Shown here in pieces: positions 19,432 to 29,828 of a stretch of DNA of 64,000 nt. Position 1 is the first letter of the stretch, and each line of letters opens with the position of its first letter. Below the pieces are notes generated by a model. The model was not told where the DNA came from and ran no database searches. It worked only from the letters and a program-made list of their open reading frames with translations. The translations under genes and the position numbers were made by a program. Source of the stretch: Spirochaetia bacterium (GTDB taxonomy: Bacteria > Spirochaetota > Spirochaetia > CADAEX01); NCBI GenBank assembly GCA_963662795.1, contig OY759746.1:3296001-3360000 (forward strand), given 5' to 3'.

Positions 19432-20491
19432 ATATCTTTTATTAATATTTTTATTTGCATATACACCGTCTCTTTTTTCCCAGGAATATTACAGATCAAA
19501 CAAACTTGGAATGCCTCTTGAAAAAATTGAAAAATACAGAATAGATGAGTTTGAATATTATCTTGAAAAAAAAACCTCAGGGTTGAAAGAAGAAAATATC
19601 CTGTATCAAAACTCAGATATTGTTATGGAAAATGAGATTTATTATACATCTGATAAAAAACCAGAAAGGGAATTAACTAAGGAAGATAATACAGTAACAG
19701 AGAAAAAATACAGGAATTTACTTATTTACGAAGAAAAGATAATAAACCCGGATAAAACAGGTATTATCAGGAAATATAATTATAATGAAAACAGCCAGCT
19801 TTATTCAGTAGATGAATTAACTCTCGAAGGGATTCCTGACAACAGGGTCACATACGAAAGAGATATAAAAGGGAGGATAATTTCAGTTGTCAGGCTTGTT
19901 TTAAGGGATAAAAATACAGGATTGAAAGATCCTGAACCGGTTGAAGATCAGTTTTCAAAATACAGGTTTTCAGGCCGCAATCTAACTGAGGAATGGCATG
20001 GAAGCAGTGATACAACCGGAAGCTTTATATATTACAGTTCAGACGGAAAGATCTCCGGTATTATGCAGAAAAAGGAAGGTAAAACAGTTTCGGAGAAAAA
20101 ATACTTTTATGAAAACACCGGAGCATACAGAACTGAGGAGATAATCCCTGATGCAAAAGAAAAAAATATTCAGTATTTTGATACTGCCGGGAATATAACT
20201 GAAGAGGTCTTATCCCTGGGGGATAAAGCAGTTCTTAAAACTACCTGGTTTTATAATGACAAAAAAATTGTAAAAAAAATATCGACAAGCGAAAAGGGAA
20301 CAGAAAGGTCTCTGTATGTATACTCAGGCGACAAAGTTTCGGGCGAAAAAATGTTTTTTAATGGAGAACTGGTTTACGAAAAAGTATATACTGATGATGA
20401 TAGTTATTATGAGGATAATTATTCATCAGGTAAAAGATATTCAAGAAAATACTATAAAAACGGTGAAAAGATTAAAACTGAAACATGGTGA
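19424..20491 (+). CDS. Exported hypothetical protein with Tyr-rich beta-hairpin (YD/MORN-like) repeats
   Basis: Signal peptide; recurrent YxYxxxGxI / YYxxG patterns. Confidence 0.7.
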   Translation: MFKYLLLIFLFAYTPSLFSQEYYRSNKLGMPLEKIEKYRIDEFEYYLEKKTSGLKEENILYQNSDIVMENEIYYTSDKKPERELTKEDNTVTEKKYRNLLIYEEKIINPDKTGIIRKYNYNENSQLYSVDELTLEGIPDNRVTYERDIKGRIISVVRLVLRDKNTGLKDPEPVEDQFSKYRFSGRNLTEEWHGSSDTTGSFIYYSSDGKISGIMQKKEGKTVSEKKYFYENTGAYRTEEIIPDAKEKNIQYFDTAGNITEEVLSLGDKAVLKTTWFYNDKKIVKKISTSEKGTERSLYVYSGDKVSGEKMFFNGELVYEKVYTDDDSYYEDNYSSGKRYSRKYYKNGEKIKTETW

Positions 20492-21780
20492 ACAAATGGA
20501 CAATATTTCTTGCTGACAGATATATAAGGGCAAGAAGGACAGAAAAGAAAAACACGACACAAAAACTTTCAATACTTGGTCTTGCCGCAGGTGTTGTTAC
20601 ACTTGTAGCAGTCATGTCTATCATGAATGGGCTGCAGCTTGGATTTATCAATGATATCCTTGAAATTGAATCCTATCATCTCCGTATCAATAATGTTTTT
20701 AATGAAAGAAGCACAAGGGAAGTCCTTGGCAGTATTTCTGCGATTACAAGCCATACAGCCTTCAGCGATGTGCAGACCCTTCTTCAGGGACGAAGTTCAA
20801 AACTTGAGCCTGTTGTCGTAAGGATGATGGAAGATGGTGAGGCTTTACGGGATAAGGGATTTATGAATCATCTCGGAATGCTGGAAGGTGATTTTGATAT
20901 CAGCGGGGGGTACAAGGCTGTAATCGGCAATGAACTTGCAAAATATCTGCATGTTTCGGCAGGTAATACAATAAATATTGTATCACTTTCCGGAAATTCT
21001 TTTTCATCCCTTCACCCCGGGACGCTGGAGCTGACAATTACAGGGGTATTTCAGTCCGGGTATTACGATTTTGACAGGGGTATGATCTTCATTTCAGACT
21101 TGAATGCTCCCCTGCTTAATCCGGGAACAACAGAGGGTGAAAAGATAATAGGCATAAAGCTCAAAAATCAGTACAGGGACATGGAAACTCTTGCTGCGCT
21201 GAAATCCGCGCTGCCAGGTGCGGAAATTGTTTCCTGGAGGGATTACAATAAATCTTTTTTCAGCGCGCTTCGTATTGAAAAGATTACAATGATGCTCCTG
21301 ATTGCGCTTATTTTTGTAGTAATCGGGGTGAATATATTCAATTCAATAAAAAGAACAGTTGCTGAAAAGCTTGAAGACATTGCAGTACTCTACTCTCTCG
21401 GCGCACCTGACAGGTCAGTAAAAAGAATATTCCTTATTGAAGGGGTAATTATTGGTCTTGCGGGGGGAATCTTCGGTATCGCCGGCGGCCTGCTTCTTAT
21501 AATCAATATAAATGAGTTGTTTGCCATTACAGGAAAGCTTCTGTCCGGTTTATCCCTTTTCGCGGGTTATCTGGCGTCAGCTTCAGGACTCTATCAGTCT
21601 TCAGAATTTACCCTTTTCCCGGAAGATTATTTTTATCTGACAGAGATACCGGTGAAAATACTGCTCCCCGAGATGGTCCTGATTTTTATATTCGCGTTTC
21701 TCTCTGCTGTTGTGTCCGCATGGTTTGCGTCAAAAAAACTTTCTGTAAAAAATCCTGCTGAGTATCTGAGGTATGAATAA
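20485..21780 (+). CDS. LolC/E-type (FtsX family) lipoprotein-release ABC permease
   Basis: LVAVMSIMNGLQ, TGVFQSGYYDFD, SWRDYNKSFFSALRIEK, YFL.EIP, PAEYLRYE. Confidence 0.88.
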   Translation: MVNKWTIFLADRYIRARRTEKKNTTQKLSILGLAAGVVTLVAVMSIMNGLQLGFINDILEIESYHLRINNVFNERSTREVLGSISAITSHTAFSDVQTLLQGRSSKLEPVVVRMMEDGEALRDKGFMNHLGMLEGDFDISGGYKAVIGNELAKYLHVSAGNTINIVSLSGNSFSSLHPGTLELTITGVFQSGYYDFDRGMIFISDLNAPLLNPGTTEGEKIIGIKLKNQYRDMETLAALKSALPGAEIVSWRDYNKSFFSALRIEKITMMLLIALIFVVIGVNIFNSIKRTVAEKLEDIAVLYSLGAPDRSVKRIFLIEGVIIGLAGGIFGIAGGLLLIININELFAITGKLLSGLSLFAGYLASASGLYQSSEFTLFPEDYFYLTEIPVKILLPEMVLIFIFAFLSAVVSAWFASKKLSVKNPAEYLRYE

Positions 21781-22457
21781 TGGATAAAGTTGTTGAAATA
21801 GAAAAGCTGTTTAAAAAATATAAAAGCGGCACAGATGATCTTGTTATTCTTGAAGGGCTGGATCTTACTCTCGAAAAGGGGAAAAAACTCATTATCACCG
21901 GGGAAAGCGGCTGCGGAAAAAGTACCCTGCTTAATATTATGGGGGGACTCGACAGGGGAAGCGGAGGAATTGTAAGGATTTGCGGTGCCGATGTTGAGCA
22001 GATGGAAGAAAAAGAACTTTATAATTTCCGCAACAGGATTATAGGTTTTGTTTTCCAGTTCCATTATCTTTTAAAAGAACTTACCGCGGCAGAAAATGTA
22101 ATGATGCCTATGTTTATCAGGGGAGAAACGAAAAAAAAATCACTTGAAGAGGCTGAAAAAATACTCGCAAAAGTAAATCTGGCAGAAAGAGCCTCTTTTT
22201 ATCCATATCAGCTCTCTGGCGGTGAAAGACAGAGGGTCGCTGTTGCAAGAGCTCTTATAAACAATCCTTCCATACTTCTTGCCGATGAACCTACAGGCAA
22301 TCTTGATGAGAAAAATTCCAGAATAGTTGAAGAACTTCTTTTCAGCCTTGTCGCACAGCAGAATACAACCCTGGTTATGGTAACGCATGATGCATCCCTG
22401 TCTGAAAGGGGAGACAGTACCATGAAACTGGAAAAAGGCAGATTAAAGGAAATATGA
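21780..22457 (+). CDS. lolD: LolD-type ABC ATP-binding protein
   Basis: GESGCGKSTLL, GFVFQFHYLL (LolD motif), LSGGERQR, DEPTGNLD. Confidence 0.9.
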   Translation: MDKVVEIEKLFKKYKSGTDDLVILEGLDLTLEKGKKLIITGESGCGKSTLLNIMGGLDRGSGGIVRICGADVEQMEEKELYNFRNRIIGFVFQFHYLLKELTAAENVMMPMFIRGETKKKSLEEAEKILAKVNLAERASFYPYQLSGGERQRVAVARALINNPSILLADEPTGNLDEKNSRIVEELLFSLVAQQNTTLVMVTHDASLSERGDSTMKLEKGRLKEI

Positions 22458-23779
22458 AAGTAAAAAACGCGTTATTCCTTGCCTTGAAATTTTTTTCCAG
22501 TAAAAATACAGACAAAAACCTCTTCCGGCATATAAGAGGCGCGGTTATAGGTATAGCGCTCAGCCTCGTACCTCTTGTAATTGTACTTGAAGTCACTGAC
22601 GGTATGATAGAAGGGATAACCAGAAGATATATTGAGGTGGGGAGTTATCATTATCAGGCAAGGGATTTACAGAATACAGAAGCTGATTTTGAAACAATAA
22701 TTGAAAATCTTGAGAGTCTCGAAACTGTAGACAACGCATTTGCCTTTATCCAGGATACATGCCTGATCTATACAAAAGAGGGGAGAACAGGGGTTTCTGT
22801 GAGGGGGCTGCCTGAAAGCCTTTATAACAAGGACAGGGGACTAAGAGAGTATCTAGTCTTTTCTGAAGGAAGTTTTACACTTGACTCCGAAGCTATATTG
22901 CTGAGCAGCAGCATAGCCAAAAAAATCGGCGCATCCGCAGGCGATGAAATCAGGCTTCTGACCGCTTTTAATCAGCCTGGACGGGCGCTGATACTCCGTC
23001 CTGCAAGGTTTATCGTAAAAGGGGTCTTTACGACCGGCTACAGGGAACTGGATGAGGTCAGCGTCTATATAAACTACGACAGGGCTTCCTCGCTTTTCAG
23101 AGGCGCGAGCCAGCCGTACATCGGTATAAAGGTGAAAGATCCATATAATTCTTCAGATTCATTCGGAAACATTTCCGGCGATAAGACAGCTGAAGTGCTG
23201 CGCAATCATCTTCCGCCTACTTTTATCCTGAGTTCATGGTACAGACTTAATTACACTTTATATAAAAGCCTTGAAACGACTAAAAAACTATTAATGCTTA
23301 TAATGATACTTATCCTCTCTGTCGCATCCCTCAATATTTCTTCCGCAATGATTATGATGGTTCTCTCCAGGAGAAAAGAGATTGCAATATTGAAAAGCAT
23401 CGGTTTTTCACAAAGCGACATAGCCCTTGCATTTCTTGCGACAGGTGTTCTGATAGGCCTTGCAGGTACTTTTATTGGCATGCTTGCGGGAATAGCCGGA
23501 TCTCTTCATATAAACTGGATAATCGGAACTATTGAAAAACTTATCAATTATTTTATATTTTCAGGATATTTTGTGCTTAATTTTTTCAGGCAGACAGAAT
23601 ATGGAGGTTTCAGAATACTTGATTCAGGGTATTACCTTGAACAGATTCCTGTTACTCTCGATTTTCTTGAACTGTGTCTTGTTTCCTTCATCTCCCTGCT
23701 TTTATCATCGGCCGCCTCTTTTCTCCCGTCTTTCAGGGCAGGAGCAATAAGACCGGTAGAGATTCTGCGAAAAAGCTGA
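22454..23779 (+). CDS. LolC/E-type ABC permease (second subunit)
   Basis: V..GMIEGI, GVFTTGY.ELD, EIAILKSIG, YYLEQIP, RPVEILR. Confidence 0.86.
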   Translation: MKVKNALFLALKFFSSKNTDKNLFRHIRGAVIGIALSLVPLVIVLEVTDGMIEGITRRYIEVGSYHYQARDLQNTEADFETIIENLESLETVDNAFAFIQDTCLIYTKEGRTGVSVRGLPESLYNKDRGLREYLVFSEGSFTLDSEAILLSSSIAKKIGASAGDEIRLLTAFNQPGRALILRPARFIVKGVFTTGYRELDEVSVYINYDRASSLFRGASQPYIGIKVKDPYNSSDSFGNISGDKTAEVLRNHLPPTFILSSWYRLNYTLYKSLETTKKLLMLIMILILSVASLNISSAMIMMVLSRRKEIAILKSIGFSQSDIALAFLATGVLIGLAGTFIGMLAGIAGSLHINWIIGTIEKLINYFIFSGYFVLNFFRQTEYGGFRILDSGYYLEQIPVTLDFLELCLVSFISLLLSSAASFLPSFRAGAIRPVEILRKS

Positions 23780-23866
23780 AAACAGGAATATTAATATCGA
23801 CAACTTCTGCTATTTTTAATAACTTAATATTAAGGATATTAATAGATATAAAAACAGGATAATGTA

Positions 23867-24382
23867 ATGAAATGTGATATTTGCGGCAGCAGAAGAGCTT
23901 TGATACATATTCAGCAAATTGCCGGAAACGAAGAGATAAACATCAATATATGCGAAAAATGCGCAAAAGATAAAGGGCTTACAATTAATAACAAAGAACT
24001 GGGGGTAAGTCTTAAAAATCTTCTCGGGAATTTCGATCAGATAAAAAAAGCGATTGAATCCCGTGACAATGCAAAAACATGCAGTGAATGCGGTAATACT
24101 ATTGAACAATTAAAGAAAACCGGAAAAACAGGCTGCCCTGCATGCTACAGGGAATTCAATAAATATATCTCATCGTTTCTTAAAAAGACGGCCGGGGCCT
24201 GTGAACACAGGGGCAAATATCCTTTCAGGATCAGTATTTTAAGCAGAAGAATCAGGGAAATGGATAATTTAAACCTTAAGCTTAAGGATGCGGTAGAAGG
24301 TGAAAAATTTGAACATGCCGCTTATCTGAGGGACAGAATTAAACTAATGGAAAGACAGATTAAAAGATATGGTAAACAATGA
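23867..24382 (+). CDS. mcsA: McsA-like protein (4 CxxC motifs plus UVR domain)
   Basis: CDIC, CEKC, CSEC, GCPACY, HRGKYP, E.FE.AA.LRD.IK. Confidence 0.92.
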   Translation: MKCDICGSRRALIHIQQIAGNEEININICEKCAKDKGLTINNKELGVSLKNLLGNFDQIKKAIESRDNAKTCSECGNTIEQLKKTGKTGCPACYREFNKYISSFLKKTAGACEHRGKYPFRISILSRRIREMDNLNLKLKDAVEGEKFEHAAYLRDRIKLMERQIKRYGKQ

Positions 24383-25412
24383 TTTCAGGCTTGGCCCGGA
24401 AGGCTGGTTCAGCAGGGAAGGCCAGGGGATAGATGTAATAAACTCGAGCAGAATAAGGCTTGCAAGAAACATTGAAGGTCTTGTCTTTCCGGAAAAAATG
24501 GGAAGCAAGGATTTTAACTGGTTTTATGATAAAATTACGGAAGAAACAGCAGATATGACAGGGTTCGGCTTTTATAATCTAAATGCGCTTAAACTGCAGG
24601 AAAGACAGATGCTTGCAGAACGGCATTATCTGAAACCCGGCGCTACTACATTCAGCGGAGAGCAGTGCATTTTAATCAGAGATGATGAGCAGGTTATAAC
24701 AGTTTTTAATGATTCGGATCATATAAGAATAAAGAGCCTGCAAAGCGGACTTGATTTAAGGAAAGCATATAATTGCTGCAATGAGATGGATAATCTTTTG
24801 GAAGAAAAATTTACCTATGCGGTTTCTCCGAAATTTGGTTATCTTACATCTGACCTGACTTCAGCAGGAACAGGAATGAGTGCGTCAGTAATGCTTTTTC
24901 TTCCTGCCATAAGAAGAGCCGGCAAAATTGACAAGGCTTTAACTGAAATTGTAAGGGCAGGGCTTTCTGTAAAGGGTTTTGTGGGAGAAGGCACTGAAGA
25001 TTCCCTTGGCGACCTGTATATTATTGATAACCAGTTTTCAATGGGAAAAACGGAGGAAGAGACGATAATTCAGCTTGAAAGTATCACAAGTCTTATCGCA
25101 GGGTATGAAAGAGAAACAAGGGATATAATTTTCAAGAGCGACAGGGTTAACATGGAAGATGAAGTGTTCAGGGCCAAAGGGATACTTGAAAATTGCAGAA
25201 AAATAACGCTTATAGAAGCAATAAGGCATATTTCTTCTTTAAAATTAGGAAAATATTACAATTTAATTGACGAAAATATAACATATAGCGGAATTAATTG
25301 TTTATTATTGCAGATACAGAAATCGCATTTAATAAAAAATAATAAAAAGAATTCTGATGAGGATACAGCTCGGGCGGAATTCATACGGAATAACTTGTTT
25401 ATGAAGGGTTAA
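24369..25412 (+). CDS. mcsB: McsB-like ATP:guanido phosphotransferase (catalytic motifs degenerate)
   Basis: SSRIRLARN, L.ERH, GYLTS...GTG..ASVML.LP, position between mcsA and clpC. Confidence 0.88.
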   Translation: MVNNDFRLGPEGWFSREGQGIDVINSSRIRLARNIEGLVFPEKMGSKDFNWFYDKITEETADMTGFGFYNLNALKLQERQMLAERHYLKPGATTFSGEQCILIRDDEQVITVFNDSDHIRIKSLQSGLDLRKAYNCCNEMDNLLEEKFTYAVSPKFGYLTSDLTSAGTGMSASVMLFLPAIRRAGKIDKALTEIVRAGLSVKGFVGEGTEDSLGDLYIIDNQFSMGKTEEETIIQLESITSLIAGYERETRDIIFKSDRVNMEDEVFRAKGILENCRKITLIEAIRHISSLKLGKYYNLIDENITYSGINCLLLQIQKSHLIKNNKKNSDEDTARAEFIRNNLFMKG

Positions 25413-25417
25413 TAAGG

Positions 25418-27871
25418 ATGTTTAAAGGATTAACAAAAAGGGCACAGAAAGTTCTGGCCCTGATAGCACAGGAAGAAGCAAAAAGATTTCATGCGGATCA
25501 GCTGCTGCCTGAGCATATAATTCTTGCTTTGTTAAAAGAAGGCGAGGGACAGGCTCTGCGGATTTTGAAAAAACTTGGTATAGAACCGGTTCAGCTCCAG
25601 GTAGAAATCGAAAACAATATTTTCAAAAATAAGGGCGGTTTTCTGCTTGGAGATGTTCCTCTTTCAAAAAGAGGAAGAAAAGTTCTTGAAGATTCGGCAG
25701 AAGAGGCAAGAAAATTCAGTCATGAATATATCGGAACTGAACATCTCCTGCTTGCTGCCGCAAAGGAACCAGGAAGCATTATTTCCATGTTTCTTGCAAG
25801 CCGTGGAATAACCACAGAAATCCTTAGAGATACTGTGTCAGAAATGTCGGAAATTTCAAAATCTGACGGCAAGATCAGCAAACAGATCGCAGTAAGCAAG
25901 AAGATAATCCCCGGCGCCGGTGGAAAAAACACTCCGCTTTTGAACGAATTTTCCAGAGACCTTACGGAAATGGCAATATCAGGCCAGCTTGACCCTGTAA
26001 TAGGCAGGGAGAAAGAGATCAACAGGGTAATCCAGATAATGGCAAGAAGAACAAAGAATAACCCGATTCTGCTTGGGGAACCGGGAGTAGGTAAAACTGC
26101 AATTGTGGAAGGTCTTGCTACCAGAATTGCTTTCAGAAAAGCCCCGGACATACTTCATGACAAAAGACTGATGATACTTGACCTTGCCTCTGTTATTGCC
26201 GGAACAAAATACAGGGGAGAATTTGAAGAACGGCTGAAAAGGATTATGAAAGAAATCAAGGCAGCCGGAGATATTATTCTTTTTATTGATGAGATACATA
26301 CAATTGTCGGGGCAGGCGGGGCAGAGGGTGCTATCGATGCATCCAATATGCTTAAGCCGGCATTGTCGAGAGGAGAAATCCAGTGTATAGGCGCTACAAC
26401 GTTAAGCGAATACAGGAAAAATATTGAAAAAGATTCTGCTCTTGAAAGAAGATTTCAACCCGTACTTATTGAAGAACCTACCGCATCTGAAACAATAGAA
26501 ATTCTAAACGGTGTAAAAAAATACTATGAAGAGTATCATAATGTTACATATTCCGAACAGGCTGTTAATATTATAACAAGACTTGCCTCCCGTTATCTGA
26601 CAGACAGGCTTCTTCCTGACAAGGCAATTGATATACTTGATGAGGCAGGATCAAGAAAAAGAATCGCTACCAGGGAAAAACCGGAAGAACTGGACAATAT
26701 CAATAAACAGATAGATGATCTTAATTTTGAAAAAAAGAACTATGTCAACAACCAGGATTACGAAAAAGCAGCTTCAATCAGGGATATGATAAATAATCTG
26801 CGGGAACAGAAAGATGTTGTTGAATCAACATGGAAAAAAACACTGCGTATTGAACATAATCTGATTGATGAAAATGATATCTACCAGGTACTGGCTGAGA
26901 TTACAGGAATACCTGTAGCCAGAATAGCGGAAAGTGAATCTGAAAAACTTCTTAAAATCGAGGATCATCTTCATAAAACAGTTATCGGCCAGGAAGAAGC
27001 AATAACAGCAGTTTCATCTGCCATAAGAAGGCGAAGGGCCGGGATTTCATCCCATGCCCGGCCGCTTGGTTCTTTCATTTTCCTTGGGCCTACAGGAGTG
27101 GGTAAAACCCTTCTTGCAAAAACTCTTGCTGAGTTTCTGTTCGGAACAACCGATGCTCTTGTAAGGGTGGACATGTCCGATTACATGGAAAAACATAATT
27201 CCTCAAGGCTTGTAGGATCCCCTCCGGGTTATATCGGTTATGATGAAGGAGGAGTTTTAACGGAAAAAGTAAGAAGAAAACCCTACTGTGTAATTCTTTT
27301 CGATGAAATTGAGAAAGCTCACCCCGATGTATTCAATCTTCTTCTGCAGATACTGGAAGAAGGTGAAATACAGGATAACCTGGGCCACAGGGTTTCTTTC
27401 CGGAATGCTGTAATAATAATGACTTCCAATGCCGGCGCAAGAGATATATCAACCGGTTTTTCGCTTGGATTCAAGCAGAATACAGATATAAGCTACAGTG
27501 AAATAAAATCATCAGCGCTTAACGAACTTAAAAGAATTTTCAGACCTGAATTTTTAAACCGTGTTGATGAGATTGTAGTTTTTCAGAGTTTAAACAGGGA
27601 TGAAATGCACCATATTTTCGATAATATGATAAACGAATTAAAAGAAAGGCTTTCCGAAAAGAGGCTTGAAATTATTGTAACAGAGGAAGCCAAGAATTTT
27701 CTTATTGAAAAAGGGTGGGATTCAAGGTTCGGAGCAAGACCCTTAAGAAGGGTTATACAGAAAGAAGTAGAGGATGTTTTATCCACAATGATCATAAGCG
27801 GTATTCTGGATGACAACTCACACGCAGTAGTTGATTTTAAAAACGACAAAATAAATATCCATAAGGAATAG
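25418..27871 (+). CDS. clpC: ATP-dependent Clp protease ATP-binding subunit ClpC
   Basis: Clp N-domain repeats, GEPGVGKT, UVR middle domain, GPTGVGKT, GSPPGYIGY, LGF ClpP-docking loop, FGARPLRR. Confidence 0.96.
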   Translation: MFKGLTKRAQKVLALIAQEEAKRFHADQLLPEHIILALLKEGEGQALRILKKLGIEPVQLQVEIENNIFKNKGGFLLGDVPLSKRGRKVLEDSAEEARKFSHEYIGTEHLLLAAAKEPGSIISMFLASRGITTEILRDTVSEMSEISKSDGKISKQIAVSKKIIPGAGGKNTPLLNEFSRDLTEMAISGQLDPVIGREKEINRVIQIMARRTKNNPILLGEPGVGKTAIVEGLATRIAFRKAPDILHDKRLMILDLASVIAGTKYRGEFEERLKRIMKEIKAAGDIILFIDEIHTIVGAGGAEGAIDASNMLKPALSRGEIQCIGATTLSEYRKNIEKDSALERRFQPVLIEEPTASETIEILNGVKKYYEEYHNVTYSEQAVNIITRLASRYLTDRLLPDKAIDILDEAGSRKRIATREKPEELDNINKQIDDLNFEKKNYVNNQDYEKAASIRDMINNLREQKDVVESTWKKTLRIEHNLIDENDIYQVLAEITGIPVARIAESESEKLLKIEDHLHKTVIGQEEAITAVSSAIRRRRAGISSHARPLGSFIFLGPTGVGKTLLAKTLAEFLFGTTDALVRVDMSDYMEKHNSSRLVGSPPGYIGYDEGGVLTEKVRRKPYCVILFDEIEKAHPDVFNLLLQILEEGEIQDNLGHRVSFRNAVIIMTSNAGARDISTGFSLGFKQNTDISYSEIKSSALNELKRIFRPEFLNRVDEIVVFQSLNRDEMHHIFDNMINELKERLSEKRLEIIVTEEAKNFLIEKGWDSRFGARPLRRVIQKEVEDVLSTMIISGILDDNSHAVVDFKNDKINIHKE

Positions 27872-27917
27872 TTTTACCCTTGATAAAAAAAATACATAAA
27901 TTTATATTCTTAACTAA

Positions 27918-28847
27918 ATGAATCTTGAATTATTTGTACTGGGCTGCGGCGGAATGATGCCATTACCGGGAAGACATCTTACCTCGGTTCTTTTACGGAG
28001 AGACGGCGAGCTATTTCTTTTTGACTGCGGAGAGGCAACCCAGATTTCTTTAAAAAAACTGAACCTGAAATGGAAAAAAATTTCAGTAATATTAATATCG
28101 CATATGCATGCGGACCATGTTACAGGACTCCCCGGCATATTAATGCTCTCATCCCAGGTAGACCGGGATGATCCTCTGTATATTATTGGACCGCCCAGGA
28201 TAGGCGAGTATATCGAAGAAAACAGAAGAATTCTTGATATGTATATCAACTATAAAATTGAAGTAATTGAAGTTGAAGAACCAGGTGTTGTTTTCAGGGG
28301 TGATAATTATTACATAGAAGCTTTCAGACTTGATCATACCAAGCCCTGTTTCGGCTATACTTTTACAGAAGATAAAAGACCCGGCATATTTTACCCTGAT
28401 AAAGCTTCTGCTCTTGAAATTCCCAAGGGAAAATTGTGGGCGCAGCTTCAGGGCGGGAATAATGTGGAACTTGAAGATGGTAAAGTCATTACCCCTCAGA
28501 TGGTAACAGGAGATCAAAGAAGCGGAAGAAAATTCAGTTTTGTAACAGATACTGCCTATTTTCCCGAACTAGGCGATAACGTAAAGGATTCAGATGTTCT
28601 GATCTGTGAGGGGATGTTTACGGAAGAGCTGGCAGAAAGTGCTGCGGCAAAAAAACATCTTACAGCAAAACAGGCTGCAACTATAGCACAGGATGCCGGA
28701 GGTATAGATAAAATGGGTTTAATCCATTACAGTCCCCGGTATAATGACAGGGATACGCTTGCTCTTCTCGAAGAAGCCAAAAAAATATTTCCGGATACAT
28801 TTCTTACTCGCGACAGACAGATTATAGATATTAAGTATAAAGATTAA
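27918..28847 (+). CDS. rnz: Ribonuclease Z
   Basis: FDCGEATQ, HMHADHVTGLPG, flexible arm (IPKG.LW..LQ.G), DT, IHYSPRY. Confidence 0.95.
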   Translation: MNLELFVLGCGGMMPLPGRHLTSVLLRRDGELFLFDCGEATQISLKKLNLKWKKISVILISHMHADHVTGLPGILMLSSQVDRDDPLYIIGPPRIGEYIEENRRILDMYINYKIEVIEVEEPGVVFRGDNYYIEAFRLDHTKPCFGYTFTEDKRPGIFYPDKASALEIPKGKLWAQLQGGNNVELEDGKVITPQMVTGDQRSGRKFSFVTDTAYFPELGDNVKDSDVLICEGMFTEELAESAAAKKHLTAKQAATIAQDAGGIDKMGLIHYSPRYNDRDTLALLEEAKKIFPDTFLTRDRQIIDIKYKD

Positions 28848-28880
28848 TTCTGAACAAAAATCTTGGAGGTATCAGTAACT

Positions 28881-29828
28881 ATGATACAGGCAGAAGGTAT
28901 TGAAAAAAAATACGGAACATTTAAGGCAGTTGATGATGTTTCAATGAGCATCGGCCGCGGGGAAATTGTAGGTTTGCTTGGTCCCAACGGAGCCGGAAAA
29001 ACTACAATCATGAAAATTCTTACAGGATATCATCTACCTACAAAAGGTACAGCTGTCATCAACAGTCATGATGTCTACAGGGAACCTTTAAAGGTAAAAG
29101 AGTCAATCGGATATCTTCCTGAAATGGCTCCTCTTTACACAGATCTTACAGTACTCGAATATCTTTCCTTTATATGTGATGTGCGCAAAATAGGCAAAGA
29201 TAAAAGAAAGGACGCACTGGACAGGGTTATTTTTGAATGCGGTCTTGAACAGGTAATCAACCGTCCTATTGATAAAATCTCAAAAGGATATAAACAAAGA
29301 ACGGGACTTGCACAGGCAATTATTCACTCCCCGGAAATTCTTGTTCTTGATGAGCCTACATCGGGACTTGACCCTAATCAGATTATTGAAATCAGAAAGC
29401 TTATTCAAAAAATAGGAAAGGATAAAACCATTATTCTTTCTACTCACATCCTTCAGGAAGTTGAAGCAGTCTGCAACAGGGTGCTTATCCTCAATCAGGG
29501 TAAAATTGCGGCCCGCGGTACAACGGAAGAGATAAGACGGGAAATGAAGGGTGATTTCCGCTTTTCACTGGAACTTAAGACTGATGCGCCTGATAAAACA
29601 AGAGGATCACTTGAAAAACTTGATGCGGTTAACAAAATCATGTTATTCGAACCTTCTCAAAAAGGGAATATTGATATCCGGCTTTCAGTTAAGGACGAAA
29701 TATCAAGTGGTGAGGCATTATTCGACTGGGCAGTTAAAAACAACTGCAAAATATTATCCATGATTCCCGAGAAAGTAAGTCTTGAGGATATCTTTATCAA
29801 ATTGACCACTCAGGGGGAGGCAAAATGA
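28881..29828 (+). CDS. ABC-2 type ATP-binding protein (GldA-like)
   Basis: GPNGAGKTT, IGYLPE..PLY, SKGYKQR signature, DEPTSGLDPNQI; GGAGGT RBS before ATG 28881. Confidence 0.9.
   Translation: MIQAEGIEKKYGTFKAVDDVSMSIGRGEIVGLLGPNGAGKTTIMKILTGYHLPTKGTAVINSHDVYREPLKVKESIGYLPEMAPLYTDLTVLEYLSFICDVRKIGKDKRKDALDRVIFECGLEQVINRPIDKISKGYKQRTGLAQAIIHSPEILVLDEPTSGLDPNQIIEIRKLIQKIGKDKTIILSTHILQEVEAVCNRVLILNQGKIAARGTTEEIRREMKGDFRFSLELKTDAPDKTRGSLEKLDAVNKIMLFEPSQKGNIDIRLSVKDEISSGEALFDWAVKNNCKILSMIPEKVSLEDIFIKLTTQGEAK

Noticed and set aside
19424-20491. Possible RHS/YD toxin or YwqK-type antitoxin
   Set aside because: No RHS core (PxxxxDPxG), toxin tip or immunity pair; it is embedded between ftsY and the lol genes.
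23780-23866. CtsR box or CIRCE element upstream of mcsA
   Set aside because: Neither the GTCAA heptad repeats nor TTAGCACTC-N9-GAGTGCTAA is present.
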